Assembly: GCA_963805625.1 (NCBI GenBank)
Contig: CAWDVE010000019.1
Location: 416,001-480,000, forward strand
Direction of reading: 5' to 3'
Length of the DNA: 64,000 nt
From: an uncultured Candidatus Rokubacteria bacterium
GTDB taxonomy: Bacteria; Methylomirabilota; Methylomirabilia; Rokubacteriales; DASRDR01
Under the pieces are notes generated by a model. That model saw nothing but the letters and a program-made list of their open reading frames with translations, searched no databases and was not told the DNA's origin. The position numbers were made by a program, and so were the translations under genes. Positions 19,311 through 29,603 of this stretch are shown here, piece after piece; the stretch's first letter is position 1, and each line of letters begins with the position of its first letter.

Positions 19311-19325
19311 GCAAGGGGTATGCCA
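19311..19325 (-). promoter_or_regulatory. Sigma-54 -24/-12 promoter of the DUF1344-like gene
   Basis: TGGCAT-ACCCC-TTGC on the minus strand, ~66 bp upstream of ATG. Confidence 0.75.
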
Positions 19326-19637
19326 CGGTGCCTGACTCGAGCTGCGCGCGTCCTAGCTGCCGTCAACCACGCAAGAGGCCTTGAACTTGAGGACCTCGGC
19401 AGTCGGGAAGAGCGCCCCCGCGCCTCTTTCGTGTAACGCCTACCATGTAAGACTGATCCCGGTGGAAGGCCTGCCCCGGAAGGCGCCTGGAATTCCGGCG
19501 GCGAACACCACAGGATCTTCAAGGTGTTTCACCGGGCCGCTCGGGCCCCTGTCTGGGACGCCGTGCGATCGGGGTGTGTAGCCCTTGCGGATGGCGCTAA
19601 CGTCCGGCGCCGCCAACGCCCTGCTATGATGCGGGAC

Positions 19638-20498
19638 GTGTCCCTTCCGGATGCCCGTGGTGCCGGTTTCCGCGTGCTGGCCGGGGCGGGACTCTGGATC
19701 GTGACCGGGTGCGGCGTCGTCATCGACGAACCGCAGTACGACACGCGGGCGGAGCAGCGGCCGGGCACCTGGGTGCGCCGGCTCGAGACCGAGATCGCGA
19801 ACCTCCGCGGCGCCTATGACGACATGATCGTGAAGGCCACCCCGTCGCAGCGGCGCCGTCTCCCCAGCATCGGATCGGAGCTGTCGCGCCTCGCGGACGC
19901 TGCCACGTCCATGAAGGACGACCTCGACTGGAAGCGCGGCCGGTTCGGGGAGCATCTCTTCCGGGCGGAGTCGCTGGCGACCTCGATCAATCAGCAGCTC
20001 AGCGGCGCGCCCGTCACGTCCGCCGTGCGGACCCACTGGCGGGACACCGCCTACGCTCTGGGAGCCGTGCGGGAGTTCTACCGAACGGTGGGCTCGGAGC
20101 GACTCTACGAGGTCGAGGACGATCCCCGGGGTGTCGTGCGGCTCCGTACCGGTGCCCAGAAGAGCGAGGACTACGACGCATCGTTCGAGATCGACCAGGT
20201 GCGCCGGGGCTACGACCAGGTGATGAAGGCGTGGCGGGACACGCCGGCTCGCCGGACGGGGGCCGGGTGGACGGGTCAGCTCGAGCGGGAGCTCGCCTCG
20301 CTGGGCGACCCCGTGAGCGCGCTGACGCGCGTCAACACGAACGAGCGGGCGGCCGTGGCGCCCGCGGCCGAGCGCGTCCGCCAGCAGGTCGAGCGGGTGC
20401 GCCCCCTCGTCCAGGCGCGCGAGGCGGAGCTGCCGCGCGCTCTGCTCGAAGGATGGCAGCAGATGTCCGGCTGGGCTCAGTCTCTCGGCAAGCCCTGA
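19638..20498 (+). CDS. Hypothetical all-helical lipoprotein
   Basis: Lipobox-like IVTGC; host-like codon use; GTG 7 nt after an extended -10 TGCTATGAT (alternative ATG 19626). Confidence 0.65.
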   Translation: MSLPDARGAGFRVLAGAGLWIVTGCGVVIDEPQYDTRAEQRPGTWVRRLETEIANLRGAYDDMIVKATPSQRRRLPSIGSELSRLADAATSMKDDLDWKRGRFGEHLFRAESLATSINQQLSGAPVTSAVRTHWRDTAYALGAVREFYRTVGSERLYEVEDDPRGVVRLRTGAQKSEDYDASFEIDQVRRGYDQVMKAWRDTPARRTGAGWTGQLERELASLGDPVSALTRVNTNERAAVAPAAERVRQQVERVRPLVQAREAELPRALLEGWQQMSGWAQSLGKP

Positions 20499-20557
20499 CC
20501 GCCGCCCCGGGGCGGCTCGGCCATCGGAACCATCGGCATCCGACAGGAGGAAGCGGC

Positions 20558-21316
20558 ATGAGCTCGAACGACAAGGTCGCGATCGTCACCGGCGCGGGAA
20601 GCGGCATCGGCAAGGCCGTGGCGGTGACGTTGCTGAAGCACGGCTACTCGGTCGCGCTGGCGGGGCGTCGCGCGGACGCCCTCGCACAGGCCGTCCGGGA
20701 CGCCGGTGATGCCGGCTCGCGGGCGCTCGCTGTGGCGACCGACGTGGGCAGCCCGGCGTCCGTGCGGGCGCTCTTCGACCGCGCCAAGGAGCGATTCGGC
20801 CGGCTGGATCTGCTATTCAACAACGCCGGCACGGGTGCCCCCGGCATTCCGCTCGAGGACCTGACCTTCGAGCAGTGGCAGAACGTCGTCAACGTCAACC
20901 TCACGGGCGTCTTCCTGTGCACGCAGGAGGCGATCCGGATCATGAAGGCGCAGACGCCGCGCGGCGGGCGGATCATCAACAACGGCTCGATCTCCGCCCA
21001 CACGCCGCGGCCGAATTCGGCGCCGTATACGGCGACCAAGCACGCGGTCACCGGCCTCACCAAGTCGACGGCGCTCGACGGGCGGAGATACGACATCGCA
21101 TGCGGGCAGATCGACATCGGGAACGCGCTCACCGAGATGGCCGCCCGCATGGCGAAGGGCGTGCTGCAGGCGAACGGGGAAGTCGCCGTGGAGCCGCTGA
21201 TGGACGTCCAGCACGTCGCGGACGCGGTCGTTCACATGGCGAGCCTGCCGCTGGACGCGAACGTGCTCTTCCTAACCATCATGGCGACGAAGATGCCGTT
21301 CGTCGGGCGCGGCTGA
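20558..21316 (+). CDS. SDR family oxidoreductase
   Basis: [17 protein letters not shown]; AGGAGG RBS. Confidence 0.95.
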   Translation: MSSNDKVAIVTGAGSGIGKAVAVTLLKHGYSVALAGRRADALAQAVRDAGDAGSRALAVATDVGSPASVRALFDRAKERFGRLDLLFNNAGTGAPGIPLEDLTFEQWQNVVNVNLTGVFLCTQEAIRIMKAQTPRGGRIINNGSISAHTPRPNSAPYTATKHAVTGLTKSTALDGRRYDIACGQIDIGNALTEMAARMAKGVLQANGEVAVEPLMDVQHVADAVVHMASLPLDANVLFLTIMATKMPFVGRG

Positions 21317-22041
21317 CCCCGCCCTTCCTCCGGCACGTCAGGTAAAGGACGACAGGGCGGGAGGCGCCAGCCGGCGGTCCAACTGGCCTTCCCGCCCTGT
21401 CTCGTGAGCCGTCTGGCTCGGCTGCCGACTACTTCTTGCTCGGGTCGTCCGCCGGGTTCACGTAGAGCACGGCGATCTTTGTCGGAATTCACTCGGACAG
21501 AGGCGCTGGCCTGGGTTCGGATGAGTCGCACGAGCACGTGTCCGGTCTCGTCCAGGAGCCAGAGAGTGTCGCCTTCCTGGTGGTAGGTTCGGATTGCCCC
21601 GAGCGCCACGACGAACCGGCGCTCCTGGTCCATGACTGCAGGAGGGCAGGCGCGGCGGGTCATGGCGATGTCGCCCAGCCGGAGCGTCGACCCGGCGACG
21701 TGAAGTGGCGCAACGTAGCGGTTGCAGCCGGTCGAGCCGACCGCCTGCGCCCGGCCGTCGAACATGATCGTCGAGGCGACCCCGTCGACGACGCGCTGGC
21801 CGTCGATCTCGTCGGCGACCCATACCGTCCCGGCGAGCGGGAGTGCCCCGGACGGCGTCGAGGTGGGAGACGTCACCGGCGCCGACGGCCTGGCCGTCTC
21901 GCAGCCGAGCACGGCCAGCCACGAGACGAGCACCAAGGTCGCCGCGCCCCGGCGTGTCGTCGTCCAGGCGCCCGGCCGCTTCGCTTGTTCGTCATGTCGT
22001 GGTTCCGGCTGCCCCGTCGGGCGGCGAGGGCTCGGTCTCAT
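21232..22041 (-). CDS. META (HslJ-like) domain lipoprotein with an aberrant C-terminal tail
   Basis: Lipobox VLGC; [24 protein letters not shown]; tail overlaps the SDR 3' end. Confidence 0.75.
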   Translation of the reverse strand: MRPSPRRPTGQPEPRHDEQAKRPGAWTTTRRGAATLVLVSWLAVLGCETARPSAPVTSPTSTPSGALPLAGTVWVADEIDGQRVVDGVASTIMFDGRAQAVGSTGCNRYVAPLHVAGSTLRLGDIAMTRRACPPAVMDQERRFVVALGAIRTYHQEGDTLWLLDETGHVLVRLIRTQASASVRVNSDKDRRALREPGGRPEQEVVGSRARRLTRQGGKASWTAGWRLPPCRPLPDVPEEGRGQPRPTNGIFVAMMVRKSTFASSGRLAM

Positions 22042-22363
22042 GTCTCGTTCCTGGAAGGGGGTGGTCGATCCCGTGATCGGAGGCGCCTGCCACCCCACGG
22101 TATCATGGCGTCGATGGGACGATCCGTGCTCGCGCGCCCGTGCTCGGCGTCGTTCTCCTGCTCGCCGGTTGCTCCGCAGCGCGGCCGGCGTGGCTCGAGC
22201 AGGAGAGCGAAACCTGCTTCCGCTCGCGATCGGTGATCCGTTCGGGATCCCTGCTGGCGGTTTCGGCGCGTGGTGCCCGATCGGTGAACAGAGCGCCCGT
22301 ACCCGTCGCTCGTGAACGCGGGCGCGAACGGACCGACGCATTGACGACGGAAGGAGCGGCGGT

Positions 22364-24022
22364 ATGAGTCGACGCACCCACGCAATCCTCGGCATCCTCT
22401 CGATCGCGCTCGCGGGCTGCTCGGGCCAGTCGGGCGTACACCGCCACGCCGGGCCAGGCGCGGCGCCGGCGCCGATGATCCTCGAAGGTCTCGGGAGCTA
22501 CCACCAGGGCGTCACGACGAGCTCGCCCGAGGCCCAGGCGTTCTTCGACCAGGGCCTGCGGCTCGTCTACGCCTTCAACCACATCGAGGCGGAGTACGCG
22601 TTCCGCGAGGCGACACGGCTCGATCCGGCGTGCGCGATGTGCTACTGGGGCATCGCCCTCACGCAGGGGTCGAACTACAACAGCCCGACCGACGCCGAAC
22701 GGGAGAAGGTGGCCTACGCGGCGATCCAGGAGGCTCTTCGCCGGGTGGACCGGGCGACGCCGCGCGAGCGGGCGACCATCGAGGCGCTCGCGAAGCGTCA
22801 CTCGACGGCGCCGGGCGCCGAGCGCGCGGCGCTCGACCGCGCCTACGCCGACGCCATGCGCGAGGTGACGCGGCGGTTCCCCGACGACCTCGACGCCGCC
22901 ACGCTCCTCGCCGACGCCCTCATGAACCTACGGCCGTGGGACCTGTGGAAGCCGGACGGCAGCATGCAGCCGGAGACCCCGGAGATCCTCGCGACCCTGG
23001 AACGCGTGATCCGTGCGAACCCGGCCCATCCGGGCGGGCTCCATCTGTATATCCACGCCGTCGAGGGCGGCCCCGACCCGGGGCGGGGCGAGATGGCGGC
23101 CGATCGCCTCGGGCCCCTCATGCCCGGGGCCGGCCATCTCGTCCACATGCCCGCCCATATCTACTGGCGCGTCGGCCGCTACGAGGACGCCGTCCAGGCG
23201 AACGTCCGCGCGGTCAAGGCCGACCAGGCCTACTTCGCGAAGCGGCAGCCGAGCCCCATCTACCGCGGACTCTACTACCCGCACAACATCGATTTCATCT
23301 GGCAGTCGGCCAGCATGGAGGGCCGCGCCGCCGAGACGATCCGGGCGGCGCGCGAATTCGCCGACGCCGCGCCCCTCGCCATGGTCCGCGAGATGCCGGA
23401 CATGGAGACCGCGCCCGCCGCGCCGTTCTTCGCGTTGGCGCGCTTCGGGCGCTGGGAGGAGATCCTTCGCCAGCCCGCGCCGCCCGCGGAATTTCCCTAC
23501 GTCACCGGCGCCTGGCACTACGCGCGCGGCCTCGCGTTCATCGCGACGGGGCGCCGCGCCGAAGCCGAGGCGGAGCTCGAGGCGATCCGGCGGATCTCCG
23601 CCGGTGTGCCGGCCGAGCGGACGCTCGCGGGTTTCTTCAAGACGAAGGCCATCCTCGACCTCGCCGACAACGTGCTTACGGGGGAGATCGCCGCGCGGAC
23701 GGGCCAAACGGACGTGGCAGTCAGGCATTTGCTCGCCGCCGTGGCGGAGCAGGATGGCCACTGGTTCACCGAGCCACCCGTCTGGTACTTCCCGGTCCGG
23801 CAGTCGCTCGGCGCGGCCCTTCTTGCTGGCGACCGTCCGGTCGAGGCCGAGGCCGTGTACCGGGACGACCTCAAGCGGAATCCCGACAACGGATGGTCGC
23901 TCTTCGGGCTCGTCCGGAGTCTCCAGGCCCAGGGCAAGACGGCCGACGCCGCGGCGGTCGAGGCGCGCCTCCAGAAGGCTTGGGCTCACGCTGACGTGAC
24001 GCTGTCGGCGTCGCGGTTCTGA
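22364..24022 (+). CDS. TPR-repeat lipoprotein with His-rich motifs
   Basis: LAGC lipobox; AQAFFDQGL..YAFNH, HPGGLHLYIH, GHLVHMPAHIY, YYPHN, NGWSLFG. Confidence 0.88.
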   Translation: MSRRTHAILGILSIALAGCSGQSGVHRHAGPGAAPAPMILEGLGSYHQGVTTSSPEAQAFFDQGLRLVYAFNHIEAEYAFREATRLDPACAMCYWGIALTQGSNYNSPTDAEREKVAYAAIQEALRRVDRATPRERATIEALAKRHSTAPGAERAALDRAYADAMREVTRRFPDDLDAATLLADALMNLRPWDLWKPDGSMQPETPEILATLERVIRANPAHPGGLHLYIHAVEGGPDPGRGEMAADRLGPLMPGAGHLVHMPAHIYWRVGRYEDAVQANVRAVKADQAYFAKRQPSPIYRGLYYPHNIDFIWQSASMEGRAAETIRAAREFADAAPLAMVREMPDMETAPAAPFFALARFGRWEEILRQPAPPAEFPYVTGAWHYARGLAFIATGRRAEAEAELEAIRRISAGVPAERTLAGFFKTKAILDLADNVLTGEIAARTGQTDVAVRHLLAAVAEQDGHWFTEPPVWYFPVRQSLGAALLAGDRPVEAEAVYRDDLKRNPDNGWSLFGLVRSLQAQGKTADAAAVEARLQKAWAHADVTLSASRF

Positions 24023-24365
24023 GCGTTACCCGCGCGGTCGCACGGAGAGGATTCCTGTTGCAGTCGTGATCCCCGTGGGGCGGCGTGCGCCGCCCACGGG
24101 GATCGTTCGGTCTGGCGGCTCTCCCTCCGGTCCGCTGGGCCCGCCCATGATCCCGGGACCCGTCCGTAGCCGAGGAGGCCGTCATTCGAGCACGCCTCCC
24201 AGGGTTTCGGGGGTTCAGCCGGAATCTGTAAGGATTTCCCCATCTTGCTATCCGAACCACGGCATCCGACCCTGCGTGTCGGGCCGGGAGCAACCGATTG
24301 CCGATGCTGGAGAATCGGGATCGGCGCCCCGGTCGATGGTGTGGATCCGAGACGGGAGGGGTCGA

Positions 24366-24475
24366 ATGCGGGTGTTGCTGCTCGGGGTGGGGGGGGGGTT
24401 CATCGGCTCGCACCTGGTCGACCGGTTACTCCGCGACTCCAGTTACGTCGTCGAGGGGCTCGATCTTACCGGGCA
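24366..24475 (+). pseudogene. N-terminal fragment of an NAD-dependent epimerase/dehydratase (ArnA-like)
   Basis: MRVLLLGVGGGFIGSHLVDRLL...VEGLD Rossmann start, then homology is lost. Confidence 0.7.
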
Positions 24476-24883
24476 CAACGTGAAGATCGCCGCGGCCATC
24501 AGGGCAGCCGCGCGATCGCGCGTCAGGCGGATGGCGACGGCGTACATGGCCCAGCCCGAGAGCGCCCAGAAGAGGATCAGCGTCACGTTGTAGGCGAGCA
24601 CCGGGTTGCCGGTCATCGCATGAATGGGTCCGGCCAGGAGAGCCGGCGTGAAGAGCGGCTCGCTGAAGGTGAGGCTCAGCCCGACGGGGTGGAAGGTGTT
24701 GCCCTGCATGAGGGCGTGAGGCTGCGTCACGAGATTCTGGAAGGCCGTGACCATCGCCCAGGTGAGGACGCGCGCGTCGGGGTTGTCTGGATACAGGTGA
24801 GCGAGGTCGGTCACGAGCGGCCAGGTGTAGAGGACGACCACGCCCAGCAAGAGGACGAAGACCCCGAGGTGGGCCCGTCTCAT
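24443..24883 (-). pseudogene. Truncated GT-C/YfhO-like membrane protein
   Basis: TWPLV..L, GNTFHP..LTFSE, NPVLAYN, LSGWAMY; ends abruptly at the epimerase fragment. Confidence 0.65.
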
Positions 24884-24952
24884 CGTCTCTCGTACACCGG
24901 GCTGGCCGGTCGCCGCCAGCCGATCAAATGCCAGCCGGTCAACGCCACAGGG

Positions 24953-25792
24953 TCAACGGAGCAGGGCGGCGTGCTGGTCGAGGAGGGGCAGGACACGCTC
25001 GCGTCCCTCGGAGGGCAGTGGGAGGACGACGCGGTCGATCCCGGCCGCCCGGTACCGGTCGAGGGTGGGGGAGTCGGTCTTGCCTCCGAACACGGACACC
25101 GAGATGGTCTTCGGGTCGCGTCCGGCGCGCGCGGCCTGGGTCCGGAGATCCTCGAGTTGGGTCAGGATCGCGTCGGCGCCCGCACGTCCGCGCGGGAACC
25201 AGCCGTCGCAGAACTCGACAACGCGTCGGAGCGTGTGCGGCCCCTCGCCGCCCAGGAGGACGGGCGGGTGCGGCTGCTGGGCCGGCTTGGGATAGGACCA
25301 GATGCGGTCGAAGCGGACGAACTCCCCGTGGAACTCCGCCTCGTCCTTCGTCCAGATCTCCTTCATGGCCAGTACCCGCTCGCGCATCACGCGGAAGCGC
25401 GTCGGGAAGGCGGTCCCATGATGCTCGATCTCCTCGACGTTCCAGCCGGCGCCCACGCCGAAGAGGAAGCGCCCGTTGGACAGGAAGTCGAGGCTGGCCA
25501 CCTCCTTCGCGGTGACGATCGGGTCGTGCTGGATCACCAGGCAGATGCCGGTGCCGAGGCGAAGCCGCGACGTCACGGCTGCCGCCGCCGCGAGCCCGAC
25601 GAAGGGGTCCAGTGTGTGCGAATACTCCTTCGGGAGAGGTCCGCCGCCCGGCCAGGGGGTGCGGCGGCTCACCGGGATGTGGGTGTGCTCGCTCACGAAA
25701 AGTGACTCGAAGCCACGCTCCTCGAGGGCTCGGGCCAGCTCGTCGACGCGGATCGAGTACTCGGTCGGGAAGATGAAGGCGCCGATCTGCAT
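24953..25792 (-). CDS. LLM-class oxidoreductase, probable F420-dependent (Rv2161c-like)
   Basis: SEHTHIP, DPFV, AKEVASLDFLSNGRF, GAGWN.EE, PKPAQ.PHPP. Confidence 0.9.
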   Translation of the reverse strand: MQIGAFIFPTEYSIRVDELARALEERGFESLFVSEHTHIPVSRRTPWPGGGPLPKEYSHTLDPFVGLAAAAAVTSRLRLGTGICLVIQHDPIVTAKEVASLDFLSNGRFLFGVGAGWNVEEIEHHGTAFPTRFRVMRERVLAMKEIWTKDEAEFHGEFVRFDRIWSYPKPAQQPHPPVLLGGEGPHTLRRVVEFCDGWFPRGRAGADAILTQLEDLRTQAARAGRDPKTISVSVFGGKTDSPTLDRYRAAGIDRVVLPLPSEGRERVLPLLDQHAALLR

Positions 25793-25943
25793 GCTCTGCC
25801 TCCTCGGAGCGGATGTGTTGACGTCGAAGCCGAGCCCCTCTTCCGCGCGCGGAGATCGGGGGTCGACCCGCCATACTCTCTCACGGTCGGCGTCCGGCCG
25901 TGCGTCACGACCGGTCGCCGGGCTGCCGCGGCGCGGCCCTGCC

Positions 25944-25972
25944 TTGACTTGGCGGGAGGGGCTGCCGAGAAT
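25944..25972 (+). promoter_or_regulatory. Putative sigma-70 promoter of the Opp-like operon
   Basis: TTGACT-N17-GAGAAT, 60 bp upstream of ATG. Confidence 0.55.
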
Positions 25973-26032
25973 GGCGCCGTCACGGTGTCGGAGCCCGAAA
26001 GTGCCCAACTCGCCAAGACCGGGAGGTTCCTG

Positions 26033-27595
26033 ATGCGCCTCGGAAGCCCAGTTCGTACCGCCCTGACCCTGCTCGCGAGCGCCCTCGTCGCCGTCGTCGC
26101 CCCGGCGCCCGGCGAGGCGAAGGTGCTCCGAACGAACCTCCGCGCGGACCCGGCGATGGTCGACCCCGTCACGTACTCGGAGCTGGTGGCCGGGGACGTG
26201 ATGAAGAATCTCTACGAGGGGTTCACGGAGATCGACAAGGACGGGAACGTCGTCCCGGCGCTGGCGGTCCGGTGGGAGGCCAACCCCGACAACAAGGGCT
26301 TCCGCTTCCACCTCCGGAAAGGGGTCAAGTTCCACAGCGGGCGCGAGTTCACGGCGAAGGACGTCAAGTGGACCTTCGAGCAGATCCTCCTGCCCGGCAA
26401 CAAGGGTGGGCTCACGCTCACCTACCTCAAGGTGCTGGAGGGGGCGCAGGAGATCCAGGAGGGCAAGACGACGCAGCTCTCGGGCGTCAAGGTGGTCGAC
26501 CCCTACACGGTCGACGTGCGGTTCACGCGGGCTGACGTGCTGTTCCCGATCTACCCCTTCCAGTTCATGGACAGCGGGATCGTTGCGCAGCACGGCGCCG
26601 ACTGGCCCACGAAGGTCTCGGCCGGCACCGGACCGTTCAAGTTCGTGCACTGGAAGCGCGGGCAGGAGGTCCGGCTGGCGGCCCACAAGGACTACTGGGG
26701 GCAGGTGCCCTCCGTCGACGAGGTCTCGATGCTCATCGTGCCGAGCTTCGACACCGCCGTCTCGATGTACGAGGCCAACGAGCTAGACGTGGTGGACCTC
26801 GAGGTCATCCAGGCGCGGCGCGTGCTGAAGGATCCGAAGTTCAAGGACGAGATCCTGGCCGTGCCGGCGGCGCAGATCCGCTACCTCGGCATGAACCAGA
26901 ACCTCTACGCTCCGTTCAAGGACAAGCGTGTCCGCGAGGCGATCTGCCTCTCGTTCGATCGCGAAGGGCTGGTCAGAGGTCTCTACGGCGGCGCCGGCGC
27001 GCCGCTCTACGGCCAGATCACGCCCGGCGTCGCCGGGTACAACCCGAACGTGAAACCCATCCCGTACGATCCGGCCCGGGCGAAGCAGCTCATGGCCGAT
27101 GCCGGCTACCCGGACGGCAAGGGTCTCCCGCCGTTGAAGATCACCTGTGAGCCGAACTTCAAGGACGAGCTTGCCTACTACGCCGACCAGTTCAAGAAAG
27201 TGCTCGGGATGCCGGTCGAGATGGAGATCCAGGAGCGGGGGACCTTCATCAAGCGGATGAACGCCGGCGAGGTGCCGTTCTTCCCCTGGGGGTGGACCGC
27301 CGACTACCCGGACGCAATGTATTTCCTGTCCCAGGTCTGGTACGGTCCGAGCCCGTACAACCGGGCCCGCTGGAAGAACGCCGAGTTCGACCAGCTCATC
27401 GATCGCGCCCAGGGGACTGCCGACGCGCAGGCGCGGTACAAGCTCTACCACACGGCCGAGCAGGTCCTGCTCGCGGACTGGGGCACCTGCCCGCTCGTCG
27501 TCCGCATGCAGATCGCGCTCCGGAAGCCGAACGTCCAGGGAGTGCGCCTCACGCCCTTCCGGTTCCTGCCGTTCAACACTGTCACGCTCAACTGA
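26033..27595 (+). CDS. oppA: Peptide/nickel ABC substrate-binding protein (family 5)
   Basis: PALA..W, FHLRKGVKFHSG, GTGPFK, YDPARAKQL, WTADYPD. Confidence 0.9.
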   Translation: MRLGSPVRTALTLLASALVAVVAPAPGEAKVLRTNLRADPAMVDPVTYSELVAGDVMKNLYEGFTEIDKDGNVVPALAVRWEANPDNKGFRFHLRKGVKFHSGREFTAKDVKWTFEQILLPGNKGGLTLTYLKVLEGAQEIQEGKTTQLSGVKVVDPYTVDVRFTRADVLFPIYPFQFMDSGIVAQHGADWPTKVSAGTGPFKFVHWKRGQEVRLAAHKDYWGQVPSVDEVSMLIVPSFDTAVSMYEANELDVVDLEVIQARRVLKDPKFKDEILAVPAAQIRYLGMNQNLYAPFKDKRVREAICLSFDREGLVRGLYGGAGAPLYGQITPGVAGYNPNVKPIPYDPARAKQLMADAGYPDGKGLPPLKITCEPNFKDELAYYADQFKKVLGMPVEMEIQERGTFIKRMNAGEVPFFPWGWTADYPDAMYFLSQVWYGPSPYNRARWKNAEFDQLIDRAQGTADAQARYKLYHTAEQVLLADWGTCPLVVRMQIALRKPNVQGVRLTPFRFLPFNTVTLN

Positions 27596-27771
27596 CCGCA
27601 CGTGCGCGGTTCGCGCCTCCGAGCCCCTCTCCCCCGGTGGCCACCGGAGGGGCGGCTCGTCGGCGGGCCACAGGCCCGACCCGGGGCGGCGAGTTGGTCC
27701 GCTGCAGGGGTTGGGGGGTGGCGGGAGGCATCGACTGACCGAGAGCCGCCGGTCGGGGTGAGAGCGCGCAG

Positions 27772-28719
27772 GTGAGGTCGTACGCGCTTCGCCGCGCGCT
27801 CGGTCTGCTGCCGGTCCTGCTGGCGGCGGTCGTCCTGACGTTCGTCGCCAACCAGTTCGTCCCTGGCGATCCGATCCTGACGCTCCTCAGTGACCGCTCG
27901 GGAGACGCTGCGCTTGAGGCGAGGCTCCGCGCCGAGTACGGGCTCGACCGGCCGTTGTGGCGCCAGTTCGGCACGTACGTCGCCGGCATCGTCCGCGGCG
28001 ACTTCGGCCTCTCGTTCCGGTTCGCCAGCACACCGGTGATCGACGTGATCGCGCCCGGGCTCCTGGTGAGCCCCCTCCTGGCCGGCGGTGCGCTGCTCAT
28101 CGCCGTTCCCCTGGGTGTCGCCCTCGGGACGTTCGTCGCCCTCCGGCGGAACTCCCTGTGGGACACGCTCGTCGTCCTCGTGCTGGTGGCCGGCACGTCG
28201 ATCCCGAACTTCGCCCTTGCCGCCTTTCTCGTCTACCTCCTCAGCGTCCGGCTCGGGTGGCTGCCGGTCGCCGGGTGGGGTAGCCTCGCGCAGGCGGTCC
28301 TGCCCGTGCTGCTCCTGGCCATCCCGCCGCTCGCGTACATCGCGCGGCTGTCCCGCACGTACATGCTGGAGGTCCTGCAGCAGGACTACATCCGGACCGC
28401 CCGGGCCAAGGGTCTCCGCCGGCGGCTCGTGATCTACCGCCACGCGCTCCGCAACACCCTCGTGCCGCTCCTCACCACCGTTGGCATCATCCTCGGCGGG
28501 CTCCTGTCCGGCACGTTCGTCATCGAGACCCTGTTCAACATCCCCGGGCTCGGGCGGATGGCCATCCAGTCGATCTTTGCCCGCGACTACCCGGTGACCA
28601 TGGCCATCGTCCTGCTGTTCACGTTCTTCTACGCCGGCCTCAACCTCGCGGTGGACCTTCTCTACGGCGTCATCGATCCGAGGATTCGCCTGGGGGCCGG
28701 CCGGGCGAGGCGCGCGTGA
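27772..28719 (+). CDS. oppB: Peptide ABC permease
   Basis: PGDP, YGLDRP, DYIRTARAKGL, HALRN, RDYP. Confidence 0.93.
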   Translation: MRSYALRRALGLLPVLLAAVVLTFVANQFVPGDPILTLLSDRSGDAALEARLRAEYGLDRPLWRQFGTYVAGIVRGDFGLSFRFASTPVIDVIAPGLLVSPLLAGGALLIAVPLGVALGTFVALRRNSLWDTLVVLVLVAGTSIPNFALAAFLVYLLSVRLGWLPVAGWGSLAQAVLPVLLLAIPPLAYIARLSRTYMLEVLQQDYIRTARAKGLRRRLVIYRHALRNTLVPLLTTVGIILGGLLSGTFVIETLFNIPGLGRMAIQSIFARDYPVTMAIVLLFTFFYAGLNLAVDLLYGVIDPRIRLGAGRARRA

Positions 28720-29603
28720 GCGGGCCCGGCACGCCGGTCGCGGCGCTCGAGGCTCTCGACCAGCGTGTGGGATCGGATTTCTGGCGGCGCTTCCAGCGGA
28801 GCCGCAACGCGCGCCTCGGGGGAGTTCTGGTCGTCCTGGTCATGCTCGTGGCTCTCGGGGCGCCGTGGCTGGCGCCCCACCGGTACGAGGACACGGACCT
28901 CCTGGCGGTCTGGGCCGAGCCCTCGCGGGCGCATCTCCTGGGTGGAGACGCGCTCGGTCGCGACGTGCTGAGCCGACTCATCGTCGGCGCCCGGATCTCT
29001 CTCCTGGTCGCGGTTTCGGTCCTTGCGCTGACGCTGACCGTGGGCGTCTTCGCGGGCATGGTTGCCGGCTACTTCGGCGGCTGGGTCGATGCCCTCCTCA
29101 TGCGGGGCGCGGACGTCGTCTTCGCGTTCCCGGAGCTCATCCTGGCGATCGTGGTGGCGGCGATGCTCGGGCCGGGCACGCGGACCGTGATCGTGGCGCT
29201 TGCGATCGTCTGGTGGCCGGGGATCGCGCGGCTGACGCGATCGCTCACGCTCGCGCTCCGGACCGAGCTGTTCGTCGACGCGGCCATCGTGAGCGGGACA
29301 CGGCCGCTCACCATCCTGCTCCGGCACGTCCTCCCGAACATCGTGCCGCCCCTCATCGTCCGGGCCTCGATCGGCGTCGGCTTCATCGTGATGGCCGAGG
29401 CGACGCTGAGCTTCCTCGGCATCGGCGTCCAGGAGCCCTTGCCCACCTGGGGCGGCATGATCCGCGACGGCCTGGTCTCGCTCCGCACGGAGCCGTACCT
29501 CGCCCTGTCCGCGAGCGTCGCCCTCGGCGTCACGATCGTCGGCTTCAACCTGCTCGGCGATGGGCTCCGCGACCTCCTGGACCCGCGGGTGCGGGACCGG
29601 TGA
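28716..29603 (+). CDS. oppC: Peptide ABC permease
   Basis: HLLGGDALGRD, LSFLGIG, WGGM, NLLGDGLRD. Confidence 0.93.
   Translation: MSGPGTPVAALEALDQRVGSDFWRRFQRSRNARLGGVLVVLVMLVALGAPWLAPHRYEDTDLLAVWAEPSRAHLLGGDALGRDVLSRLIVGARISLLVAVSVLALTLTVGVFAGMVAGYFGGWVDALLMRGADVVFAFPELILAIVVAAMLGPGTRTVIVALAIVWWPGIARLTRSLTLALRTELFVDAAIVSGTRPLTILLRHVLPNIVPPLIVRASIGVGFIVMAEATLSFLGIGVQEPLPTWGGMIRDGLVSLRTEPYLALSASVALGVTIVGFNLLGDGLRDLLDPRVRDR

Noticed and set aside
24953-26686. 577-aa LLM ORF and other long N-terminal extensions (13899-15803, 42204-43190, 57507-59237)
   Set aside because: The extensions overlap neighbouring genes; homology and RBS place the starts downstream
27621-27652. Hairpin around CCGGTGGCCACCGG after oppA as a mobile repeat
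   Set aside because: Better explained as an ordinary intercistronic stem-loop; only a short partial match near 54788
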